Source: an uncultured Actinomycetes bacterium
Lineage (GTDB): Bacteria > Actinomycetota > Thermoleophilia > Gaiellales > Gaiellaceae
NCBI GenBank assembly: GCA_963833255.1
Contig: CAWHXK010000060.1
Location: 33,223-97,222, forward strand
DNA: 64,000 nucleotides
Direction of reading: 5' to 3'
Of the stretch, positions 53,786 to 62,239 are shown piece by piece. Position numbers and translations under genes: made by a program. Position 1 is the stretch's first letter. Every line of letters begins with the position of its first letter. The notes beneath the pieces are model-generated. The model made no database searches. It was not told where the DNA came from and saw only the letters and a program-made list of their open reading frames with translations.

Positions 53786-53802
53786 TGTAAAAAGGGATTC
53801 AA
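53760..53802. repeat. 43-nt direct repeat copy B
   Basis: See 53398-53440. Overlaps the first codons of the decarboxylase-remnant ORF. Confidence 0.5.
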
Positions 53803-53885
53803 GACACTGTGACTACCCTGCGCAAGCGTTTGTTAGACCTCGCATAGGGCGGAGCGCGACTGGCGCGCGTAGGGGATGAGCAGCG

Positions 53886-53945
53886 GACCCGATCGACGCG
53901 CTCGCGATCGCACGAGCGGCGCTGCGGGAGCCGGACCTGAGCCGG
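53886..53945 (+). mobile_element. short IS110-family transposase fragment
   Basis: Translates as DPIDALAIARAALREPDLSR, the conserved N-terminal DEDD-domain stretch of IS110-type transposases. A stop lies immediately upstream and similarity is lost downstream. Confidence 0.4.
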
Positions 53946-54137
53946 CGTTTGCGCTGCTCGTCTCATCGCCCATGCGCGATCGACTTCGTAGACCAGTCAG
54001 TCTTCGGTCGCATCGAGTGCACCTATCCGAGCGGTAAAGCCCTTGAGCCAGACGCGCACGGATGAAGATCCCTCTGAGCTAAAGCCCGGCACGTGCGGTT
54101 GCGGTGCGAGAGTAGAGTCCCAGTGTCTGGAGGGAAG

Positions 54138-55091
54138 ATGAAGCGTCAGCGCGTCGTGCTAGTCGCCGCAGTCGGAGTGGTACTCGCACTACCAGCCCAG
54201 GCCTACGCGGTCGACCACGCCGTGCTTATCATCTCCCCGACGAAGCTTGCTGCTCACCCGGCTTGGAACGTTCACGCCAGGATCGTTGACGCGGTCTACG
54301 CTGGGCAGGAGACATTCGGAGTCTCGCTCACGCGCTCATTTCTCAAAGGCCGCGCCGAAGAGCAACACGAGTTCGCCCCCGCTTCCGAACGAACCTTCAC
54401 GTTCGACGGTCAGCATGGTCGCTGGGAGGCCGCTGTTGGTGTGGTCGGCGGTCGCAGCAATGTTGTGACGGTCAAAATGGACATCACAGCCACCGGAGCG
54501 CCGCAGCCGGTCGGGGAATCTCAGGGTTGTCGGGGGGACTTCGTCCAGGTGCCGGTCGCCTTGCAGGGAACGTTCGCGCTACGCACGGGCACCAGATTCT
54601 TCAAGACCATCCGCCGTTCGAGTTTCACCGGCGTAGTGATCTTCAATCCCGGCGGGCAAGTCGACTGCACTCCGCTCGCGTCGACCGAATGTTCCCCCAA
54701 ATCGAGATCTCTTTCTTTCTCCCAGGCGTTAGCCAGCTCGTCCTCTACACAAGTCTTGATGGGGACGGATCAGGGCGGGTGGATGAGCCTCGCCTTCGCC
54801 GACCGCCCCATTTCGGGCTCGCCTTGGTATCACGTGATGAGGATCAGCCGGTTCAACCCGCTCTCCGGTCAGCTACCCACGATAAGCACTCGCATACCGA
54901 CCAAACGTCCGATCCGAGGAAGCGGCACGTTCGCAGCCCGCTCCACGTCGACGGAAACGAATCGCGGCTGCCAAACGATCTCGGCAACCGGCTCGTTCAA
55001 GGGTACGTTCCACACAAGTTTCGCCGGTTGGGGGCCACGCAAACTCCTAGCCTCTTCAGCCAACGGCGCCACGTATCGCGAAGATCGGTGA
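54138..55091 (+). CDS. orphan secreted protein with internal duplication
   Basis: GGAGGGAAG precedes ATG 54138. Signal peptide MKRQRVVLVAAVGVVLALPAQAYA. Visibly lower G+C than the flanks. No recognised family. Confidence 0.55.
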   Translation: MKRQRVVLVAAVGVVLALPAQAYAVDHAVLIISPTKLAAHPAWNVHARIVDAVYAGQETFGVSLTRSFLKGRAEEQHEFAPASERTFTFDGQHGRWEAAVGVVGGRSNVVTVKMDITATGAPQPVGESQGCRGDFVQVPVALQGTFALRTGTRFFKTIRRSSFTGVVIFNPGGQVDCTPLASTECSPKSRSLSFSQALASSSSTQVLMGTDQGGWMSLAFADRPISGSPWYHVMRISRFNPLSGQLPTISTRIPTKRPIRGSGTFAARSTSTETNRGCQTISATGSFKGTFHTSFAGWGPRKLLASSANGATYREDR

Positions 55092-55475
55092 ATCTGCCAA
55101 ACACGAGAACGGGCTCTTCGACTTGAAGTAGTTAACGCACAGTGCCGCAGCTTGCGCGACTCAACGCGCTGAGCATGGAGGAGTCCCTGGCGCAGCGTCA
55201 CCCTTCGGGGTGAGGCTTCGGTAACGACGAAGCGCCTGGGTGATGGCTTTCAATGAGTACTGCTCGTCCTTGCAAAGGCTGCGCAAGAACTGGTCTCGAC
55301 GCTCGATCAGCTCGGCGATGACTTCGTGATCGACCGGAACTGCATTCTGGTTGAGTTCGAGCTGACGGTCATCGTCGCGCCGATCGTGCTGACGGAGGCA
55401 AGCGGTTGTTCGAGGGGTCCACAAAGTCGCTCGAGCTCGAGCACATCGGCCTGCGCCAGTCGTTGTTCGCGACGT

Positions 55476-57332
55476 TCATCGACTACCGCGTGAAGCGCTC
55501 GTGACCGGCTGGTAGCCGGCGAACGTCGACTCGAACACGCCCTCGCCGCCCGTCAGGCCCGCCAGCTGCCGCTGCAGCTCGTCGGCGCCCGTCACCGGCA
55601 TCATGGCGACGATCGTCGAGAGCTCGCCGCGCGGCGACGGCGGCTCGACCGCTGCACCGAGCCGTGACAGGGCCGGCAGCACGGCCCCGACACCGCGGGT
55701 CGGCACCTCGAGCGTGACGCGGACGGTCGGCTCGCACAGCACCGTCCCGGCGCGTTCGAGCGCCTGCGCGACGACGAGCGGAGTCAGCTTGCGGAAGTCT
55801 GCGGCCGTGCTCGTCGGGCCACGTCGGGACGGCGGCCCGTCACTGCCGCTGTACGCGCACTGCGTCATCGTCACGATGCAGTCCACGATCTGCCAGCCGC
55901 GGAGACCCTCGCTCAATGCGGCTCGCACGTAGCGCTCCATCTGCGCACCGAACTCCTCGCGCGTCCTGTAGACGTAGAGCGGGATGTCGCGTGCAGCGAC
56001 CTCGAGCCGGAACGCGATGCCGGAGTCCTCCGGCGCAGGCTCGATCCGCAGACCGATCTCGGCGTTGAAGGGATTCGCATCCCCGTGCAGGATCTCGAGC
56101 GCCTCGCCGCTGCCCCGGGGACGTTCGACGTAGATCGGCGTCGTGTCGCGGAAGATCGAGTCGACCCCGAAGTCGTCGCGCAGCGTCGCTTCGAGCACCT
56201 CTTGCTGCACCTGACCGTAGAGCGACACCGTCAACTCGCGGCCCGGCTCATCGCGGATGTTGATCAGCGGGTCCTGCTCGGCGAGCTGCGCGAGGGCGAT
56301 GCGCAACCGCTGCCCGTCGTCGGGATCGCGCGGCGCGACGACCGACTGCAGCGTCGGCGGCGCAAACTCACGGCGCGGAACACGCGGCGGCGACTCGCCG
56401 ATCGTGTCGCCGACCTGAACGCCGTGCAGCCCCCACACCTTCGCGATCTGCCGGCCGGAGACCGCCGGCCGCGGGACGGCCCCGCCGTGGTCGAACACCG
56501 CAAGCGCCGTCACCTTCTCGTCGCAAACGACGTCGCGCGTGCGCAGCGTGCCCGAGAACATACGCACGTATGCGATCTTCTCGCCGCCGTCGCCCCGCTC
56601 GATCTTGAAGACAGTGCCCGAGAGCGGACCGTCGGCATCGCCGGCCGCAGATGGCAGCAGCTCTCCCAGCGCGGCAGCCACCGCTTCGACCCCGGCGCCC
56701 GTGATCGCCGAGCCGCGCAGGACCGGATGCACGAGCGCCTGCTTTGACTGGGCGGCGAGCGCCGTGCGCAGCCGCCCCTCCGAGAGACGGCCGTCGACAT
56801 AGGCCGCGAGCAACTCGTCGTCGTTCGCGGCCAGAACGTCGATGAGCCCTTCGCCGTCGTCCGCCACGGCGATCGCCGGCGTCAGCCGCTCCGCGATCTC
56901 GCGCACGACGCGCTCGAAGTCGGCGCCCATGCGATCCAGCTTGTTCACGAACAGCAACGTCGGGATACGCAACCGCCGCAGCGCGCGCATCAGCACCCGC
57001 GTCTGCGGCTGCACGCCCTCGACGGCGGAAATGACGAGCACGGCTCCGTCGAGCACGGTCAGTACGCGCTCCACCTCCGCGATGAAGTCCGGATGGCCCG
57101 GCGTGTCGATCAGGTTCACGGTCAGGTCGTCGAGGTCGAACGACACGACCGCGGCCTTGATCGTGATGCCGCGCTGCTGCTCGAGCGGAAGCGAGTCGGT
57201 CTGCGTCGTGCCCTTGTCAACGCTCCCGACCTCGTCGATCACGCCGGCCGCATACAGCAGCCGCTCGGTGAGAGTTGTCTTACCGGCGTCTACATGCGCG
57301 ACGATCCCCAAGTTGAGCGTTCTGCGAAGCAA
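55476..57332 (-). CDS. ribosomal protection-type tetracycline resistance GTPase (Tet(M)/Tet(O)/Otr(A) family)
   Basis: NLGIVAHVDAGKTTLTERLLY, the family-specific GSVDKGTTQTDSLPLEQQRGITI, and DTPGHPDF. At 618 aa it fits RPP size rather than EF-G. TTG 57332 lies 8 nt after GGAGGG. Confidence 0.85.
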   Translation of the reverse strand: MLRRTLNLGIVAHVDAGKTTLTERLLYAAGVIDEVGSVDKGTTQTDSLPLEQQRGITIKAAVVSFDLDDLTVNLIDTPGHPDFIAEVERVLTVLDGAVLVISAVEGVQPQTRVLMRALRRLRIPTLLFVNKLDRMGADFERVVREIAERLTPAIAVADDGEGLIDVLAANDDELLAAYVDGRLSEGRLRTALAAQSKQALVHPVLRGSAITGAGVEAVAAALGELLPSAAGDADGPLSGTVFKIERGDGGEKIAYVRMFSGTLRTRDVVCDEKVTALAVFDHGGAVPRPAVSGRQIAKVWGLHGVQVGDTIGESPPRVPRREFAPPTLQSVVAPRDPDDGQRLRIALAQLAEQDPLINIRDEPGRELTVSLYGQVQQEVLEATLRDDFGVDSIFRDTTPIYVERPRGSGEALEILHGDANPFNAEIGLRIEPAPEDSGIAFRLEVAARDIPLYVYRTREEFGAQMERYVRAALSEGLRGWQIVDCIVTMTQCAYSGSDGPPSRRGPTSTAADFRKLTPLVVAQALERAGTVLCEPTVRVTLEVPTRGVGAVLPALSRLGAAVEPPSPRGELSTIVAMMPVTGADELQRQLAGLTGGEGVFESTFAGYQPVTSASRGSR

Positions 57333-57412
57333 GCGTCATACCCTCCAAGTAGGTCACTGAGGCCCTCTCGATGGACATGAACGCAGTGCGCATCTCGCTC
57401 CCTGGTCGGATC

Positions 57413-57436
57413 GTTGCGCGCGGTTGGCGCAACCGC
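57413..57436. promoter_or_regulatory. interlocked palindromes upstream of the ribosomal protection gene
   Basis: GTTGCGC-GCGGTTG-GCGCAAC-CGC. 57413-19 pairs with 57427-33, or 57420-26 pairs with 57430-36 (7 bp each, mutually exclusive). About 80-105 nt upstream of the TTG start. Confidence 0.4.
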
Positions 57437-57992
57437 ATCATAGTCGCCCGCGTGAGCCTGCGTCAGGGCCGGGCTCAAGGAAGGGCGAAGAGCACGTACG
57501 CGTCGAGCGCGTCCTGCTTGCCTTTGACGCGCAGCCCTGATCGCCGTTCGACGACGGCCCGTCGGGCAGCTGCTCTTTACCGTTCGTCAGGTCGAAGGCC
57601 CCGTCTCGCGAAGAGTGGCCGGTAGCAAGCGCGCGCCATGCCGATTCTTCGACGCGCCCAGGCTCCGCAATGCGACCACCGCACTGATCCTCCGAGACTC
57701 CCTGCTGCAGACACGGATGCCTCAAATGGGCCGCCAGATGCAAATCCATGCCCATTCAGTGGGCAGCAGGATGCGCAACGCCGTTAGCAGGGGAATTGCT
57801 GTCAGCGAAGATGCAACCCCCGCTGCAAACAAGCCTTGTCTGGATGGGGACGGTTCCTCCTCAACAAGCGCACCGGTAGGCGGTCGCGCGACGCGCGGGC
57901 GCGAGGTCCCTCACCGAAATGACCTAGCGTTATGCACGAACACCCAGACGGTCGCATCACGAATTAGGCGCTGCATTTCTCTTTGGGGACGA

Positions 57993-58676
57993 TCAGACGC
58001 GTGTGTGCCTTTTCGGGTTGGGCTCTGGTGCGCGCTGGGCGGCCAATCGGGTCACGTCGCCTTGGCGCAGCTGATCGACCCATTTCGAGTGGTGGCGGAG
58101 CGCCCAGTCTTCGCGGACCCAGCCGCGGGTGATCGCGCTGAGCGAGTGTCGAGTACTGGTATGGATCAAGGAGAGGTAGAGGTGGCCGAGCAGGAGGAAG
58201 AAGGAGATGTACATCAGCCAGTCGTGCACGATCAGCGCGTTTTGGAGTCGGAAGGCGTGGTCGCGCTCGCCGTACCAGAGGAAGAAGCCGGTGATGGCGA
58301 AGAGAACCGCGAGGGCGGCGGTGACGATCGCGTTGATTTTCTGACCGGCGTTGAAGCGGCCCTGTGCGGCGCGCCTGCGTTTGAGCCAGGCGAGGTCGTC
58401 TGCGTCGAAGCTGTCGATCTCGCGCGCGGTTGCGAGCAGTCGGCGGCGGTCACCGGCGAGGACGATGAGTGCGAGTGCAGCGAGCCAGGCGAGCGCCGTG
58501 TAGACGTGGATGTCTTTCAGCAGGGGACGTCTTCCGATCAGCTCGGCAAGGCTAGGCAGGTAGAGGCAAAGGCCCGAGGCGAGCAGAACGAGGAAAGCGG
58601 TCGCGTGGACCCAATGCAGCGTCCGTTCGGTACGCGAAAAGCGCGAAAGGCGGCGGACGCTAGGAGTGGTAGCCAT
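57993..58676 (-). CDS. cytochrome b561 / MsrQ-like membrane haem protein
   Basis: RFSRTERTLHWVHATAFLVLL and later His-containing TM helices (IVHDWLMYISFFLLLGHLY). Follows the molybdoenzyme gene. Start ATG 58676 or 58712. Confidence 0.65.
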   Translation of the reverse strand: MATTPSVRRLSRFSRTERTLHWVHATAFLVLLASGLCLYLPSLAELIGRRPLLKDIHVYTALAWLAALALIVLAGDRRRLLATAREIDSFDADDLAWLKRRRAAQGRFNAGQKINAIVTAALAVLFAITGFFLWYGERDHAFRLQNALIVHDWLMYISFFLLLGHLYLSLIHTSTRHSLSAITRGWVREDWALRHHSKWVDQLRQGDVTRLAAQRAPEPNPKRHTRV

Positions 58677-59397
58677 TCGAGCGCCCCACCCAGGCGTCTT
58701 GGTCGTAGCCATTTTGTTCCCAGTAGCCCTCGGGCTGGCGGGCGACGAACTCCATCCGCGTCAACCACTTCACGCCTTTGTAGCCGTACATCTCTGGCAG
58801 GACGACGCGCGCCGGCGCGCCGTGTGGCCGAGAGAGCGGCCGGCTGCCCATCTCATAGGCGAGCATCGCATCCGGCAAGCGCAGCTGATCGAGCGTGAGC
58901 GAATCCTCGTACGGGCGCTCCAAGGAAACGAAACGAACCGCCGTCGCGGTCGGCAGTGGTTGCACCAGGTCGAAGAGCGATTGGAAGCGGATGCCGCCCC
59001 AATGCACGTTGTTCACCGTCCAGCCGGTCACGCAGTGGAAGGTGGACACCTGTTCCGCTTTGGGCAGTGCCTTCAACTGCCGGTAGTCGAGCGAGCGAGG
59101 CCGTTCGACGAGGCCGTCGATCTCCAGCCGCCAACTCGAGCGATCGAAGAGCGGCATCGTGCCCGAGATCGTGTAGATCCGCCAGCCGCCGATCGGCACC
59201 AAATTGCCGACCAGTTGGCTGGCGGCGGAGGTCAGCGGCGAGAACAGTCTCGACGCGGGCCCCGCCCAGACGAGCGACGACAAGCCACCACCGACGAGCA
59301 GTAAAAAGCCGCGGCGGCCGTAGCTTCGCTGACCGGCGTCAGGCGGATCGGTGCCGTGCAGCGAGCCGCGCTCGGTTGGCCTCTCGCCGCTCTGCAT
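58660..59397 (-). CDS. molybdopterin-dependent oxidoreductase, sulfite-oxidase family (MsrP/YedY-like), Tat-exported
   Basis: Twin-arginine signal GRRGFLLLVGG. FHCVTGWTV...WGG and PARVVLPEMYGYKGVKW motifs. Confidence 0.8.
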   Translation of the reverse strand: MQSGERPTERGSLHGTDPPDAGQRSYGRRGFLLLVGGGLSSLVWAGPASRLFSPLTSAASQLVGNLVPIGGWRIYTISGTMPLFDRSSWRLEIDGLVERPRSLDYRQLKALPKAEQVSTFHCVTGWTVNNVHWGGIRFQSLFDLVQPLPTATAVRFVSLERPYEDSLTLDQLRLPDAMLAYEMGSRPLSRPHGAPARVVLPEMYGYKGVKWLTRMEFVARQPEGYWEQNGYDQDAWVGRSNGYHS

Positions 59398-59576
59398 CAG
59401 TCGGCGGCCACTTCCGCGAACGGGCGGGTCGGGGCGGCCTGCAACGTGAAGGCAACGCGAGCGCCGCCGCCCTCGCGCCTGTTCTCGGCCCAGATGCGGC
59501 CGCCTTGTGCCTCGACCAAGCCTTGCGCGATCGCAAGGCCCAGCCCCGAGCCAAACACGACCGAGTTTTCGAACCC
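59397..59576 (-). pseudogene. C-terminal remnant of a sensor histidine kinase (HATPase_c G2 box onward)
   Basis: FGSGLGLAIAQGLVEAQGGRIWAENRREGGGARVAFTL covers only the last ~55 aa of a kinase. Confidence 0.65.
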
Positions 59577-59687
59577 TACGCGCAGAACGAGAATCTCCAG
59601 CTCCTTCGAGCGCCGCGGACGCGCGAGTATCCAGACCAACGCGAACAGGTTCCGCGCGACCAGATACGCAAACGACCAGAACAAGGC
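59577..59687 (-). mobile_element. N-terminal remnant of an integrase-core (IS481/IS3-like) transposase
   Basis: LFWSFAYLVARNLFALVWILARPRRSKELEILVLR resembles the conserved ...KELEILVLRHE... N-terminus of actinobacterial DDE transposases. It is fused in frame to the kinase remnant. Confidence 0.4.
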
Positions 59688-59868
59688 TCCCCTCCCTCGA
59701 CCGCGACCAAGAGCACTCGAACCTAGCGAGCCGGCAGGGCCCCGGCCGTGTTTGCGAACCCTACGCGCACCTCTCCCTCGAACACCCATGAATCTCCTTG
59801 AGAAGCCCAGAACCTGTCCCCAAGACCTGTCCCCAACCACGACTGGCGACCCGTTGTCGTCGCCGGCA

Positions 59869-60063
59869 TCAGGCGGCCTGATGGGCGGGAAGGCGGGCCT
59901 CGGTGATCAAGGTGGCGACGATCTCGGCGAGGAGAGCCTGCTGCTCTCGGTCGACCGGGGCGCCACGCGGGTCGAATGCCTCCTGAGCGGGCGGAACGGG
60001 CAGCTCCCGGTCGATCACTCGCGCGCCGATCGCCGCTAGCACTTTGCGCAGCTCTGCCTGCAC
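59869..60063 (-). pseudogene. possible C-terminal remnant of an NADPH-dependent FMN reductase
   Basis: ELRKVLAAIGARVIDRELPVPPAQEAFDPRG resembles the FMN_red C-terminal region. Only 64 aa. Confidence 0.35.
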
Positions 60064-60125
60064 AAGTCTCTCCTAGATACCTCGAGCGACGTCGGGCGAC
60101 ATTCCCGCGCTCGCACACCCGAGAC

Positions 60126-60641
60126 TCATTCGGCCGCCGCGAGCGGCTCGAGGACGACGACCGCCGTCTCGTGCGGGCGTCGTGCCGCGTAACTGTCGAG
60201 GTTCTTGTCCAGCTCACGCCAGCGCTGCCACAGCCGTTCACGCTCCTCGCCGACTGCGGGCCTGCCGAGCACCTCGCGCCGGATCCCGCCTGCCAGCTCG
60301 ACGACCGCCTGCGGATCGGCCTGCAGGTTCAGCCACCAGGCTGGCTCGGCCGCACCCCAGCCATTCATGGCCATCGAGACCAGGTTGGGCCCGTCCTCGT
60401 AGTAGCCGAGGATCACGCTCCGCGGCTCGCCGCTGCGTCGGCCTGTCGTGGTGAGCCGCAAGGCGCCCCACTTACCCGGGCGCGGAGGCCACAGCCCCTT
60501 GCGGCCCCGGCTCGCTCGCACGATCCGTCGGTGCACGTGCCAGAGCGGTCTTGATGAACCATCGCGGTGGTAGCCGCGCCTTGCCTCCGGCCAAGCCCAC
60601 CTCCTCTCACCGCGGTACTGACCACAGGCTTGCACCGACAA
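60126..60641 (-). CDS. deazaflavin (F420)-dependent nitroreductase family protein (DDN-like)
   Basis: LRLTTTGRRSGEPRSVILGYYEDGPNLVSMAMNGWGAAEPAWWLNLQADP...GEERERLWQRW...AARRPHETAVVVLEP. N-terminal limit uncertain. Confidence 0.7.
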   Translation of the reverse strand: MSVQACGQYRGERRWAWPEARRGYHRDGSSRPLWHVHRRIVRASRGRKGLWPPRPGKWGALRLTTTGRRSGEPRSVILGYYEDGPNLVSMAMNGWGAAEPAWWLNLQADPQAVVELAGGIRREVLGRPAVGEERERLWQRWRELDKNLDSYAARRPHETAVVVLEPLAAAE

Positions 60642-61087
60642 GCCCGACGAGCATCAGGGAACCACCTAGCCGGGCATGACCTCGTTGTGTGTGCGAGGCA
60701 CTCAAGCATCATTCGCTGGCCCATGCGAGGATGCAGTCTCCAGGACGGTGGCGAAGCGCCCGCAATAGTGACGCGCTTCCAGGCGGAAGCGTGATCGTGC
60801 CGTCGAAGCGCCCTCCCGGAAATCCCCTGGATTCTGCCGTCCCGCCAGCTCAATTCGAGCGCAATTCGACCCGCCTCTCGACCTCGGCCTTGAGGGTTTG
60901 CACGCCCTGTCGATCGGCATTCGCACCCGCCGTCGGCAAAGCGGCACGTGCCACACGGACGCCAGAGTCGCGCCTTTTCGGCGCGCTCGCTGGCTACCTA
61001 CCGGAGACCCAGCAGCACGTGCCGAAGACTGAAACAGAGCGGCGGTCACGCCTTGGCAGCTCGACTGCTGCGCGCAAGACTCCGCTC

Positions 61088-61581
61088 GTGCGATGCGATC
61101 TCCCCGCCGTGACCGTCACCTTCCTCTTCACGGATGTGGAGGGCTCGACGAAGCTACTCCACGAGACTCGGCACTGAGGCATACGCCGAGGCGCTATCCG
61201 AGCATCGCCGGCTGATCCGAGATGCGTGCGCGGCGCACAGCGGGGTCGAGGTGGACACCCAGGGCGACGCCTTCCTCTTCGGTTTCCCAACCGCGCCGGG
61301 TGCGCTCGCTGCTGCTTCCGAGCTGACGCAAGCGCTCTCCTCAGGCCTGATCCAGGACCGTGTCGGTCTGCACAGAGGGACGCCGCTGCTGGCCGACGAG
61401 GGCTACATCGGTCCGGATGTCCATCGCGTGGCCCGCATCGCGGCCGCCGGCCACGGCGGGCAGGTGCTCGTCCTCTGCCTCGACGGCCGTGCTCGTCGCG
61501 CGCGAGCCTGACGGCACTGGGCGAGCATCGTCCAAAGGAAATCTCCGCACCGAGCGGATTTGTCAGCTGGGAGTCGGTTGA
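61088..61581 (+). pseudogene. class III adenylate/guanylate cyclase domain remnant (N-terminal module of a large LuxR/AAA-type regulator), frameshifted and truncated
   Basis: VTFLFTDVEGSTKLLHE / LGTEAYAEALSEHRRLI...DTQGDAFLFGF...VGLHRGTP...VARIAAAGHGGQVLV / STAVLVA / LGEHRPKEISAP lie in three frames. Nothing follows the ...ERICQLG region. Confidence 0.65.
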
Positions 61582-62139
61582 CGATCTTGAGACCGGTTCC
61601 GGCGATCAGGCCGCAGCGAGCGTTGACGACCTCTCTTCGAAGCTGGATGACATGTGCACCGCGATGTCAGGGTATTCGGGGGCGTTCGAAGACATCTACT
61701 CGTCGGCGTGCTGAGCGCCTAGTCCGCGCTCGTCGCTCCGGTGGAGTTCGTTCGGCTCCCTGAGCGAGCGCTCAGACCACCCGGGTAATCCGCACGCGGC
61801 GGGACTCCAAGCTGCGCGGGGATGTCACTCCCCGTCGGCCCTCTCTTTGTTCAAGCGCGAGAGTTGTTACTCGCTCGAGGCGAGCGGCTCGCCCTTCGGC
61901 AGGCTCCCAACCAGGGCGTGAAGTCCTCGTCAGGCAAGGTCGCAAGCTTCAGCAGGCCCGCAAACAAGCGCTCGAGCTCGCGTTCCGACATCGAGTCGAG
62001 ATCAACACCCCAACCCGCTCCTCGGCACGAGGACGCTGCCGCCAACGAAGGAGAATCTCGGCGGCACGGGGATCGGAAACGGCGCCTCGGCATTGCATGC
62101 ACCATCGTTCGAACCGCCTCACTCCGGGCAAGCGGACGC

Positions 62140-62207
62140 GACCGACGTGAGGCTGGCTCCGGAATCCAGCCGTAATGAAGGTCCCTGTTCGAATCCGGGT
62201 GTCGGGC
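62140..62207 (+). other. tRNA-like fragment (T-arm and 3' acceptor-like tail only)
   Basis: CCCTG-TTCGAAT-CCGGG (62183-62199, one T-C mismatch) followed by TGTCGGGC. An upstream stem-loop at 62151-62171 has a 9-nt loop. I could find no matching 5' acceptor strand or D-arm. Confidence 0.2.
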
Positions 62208-62239
62208 TTCGCTGCGGCAACCGGTAGTGTCCGCCGCGG

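Noticed and set aside
55161-55424. 87-aa minus ORF (…VDHEVIAELIERRDQFLRSLCKDEQYSLKAITQALRRY…) as a transposase, recombinase or antitoxin fragment
   Set aside because: I could recognise no diagnostic motif. It is left as unassigned island debris.
57615-58898. 427-aa plus-strand ORF
   Set aside because: It overlaps the MsrQ-like and MsrP-like genes in antisense, and its upstream part lies in apparently non-coding DNA. No motifs.
61851-62120. Minus-strand segment …VDLDSMSERELERLFAGLLKLATLPDEDFTPWLGA… as an integrase or Tn3-type transposase remnant next to the tRNA-like arm
   Set aside because: The sequence is suggestive, but I could match no catalytic or family motif. The other frames are equally ambiguous.
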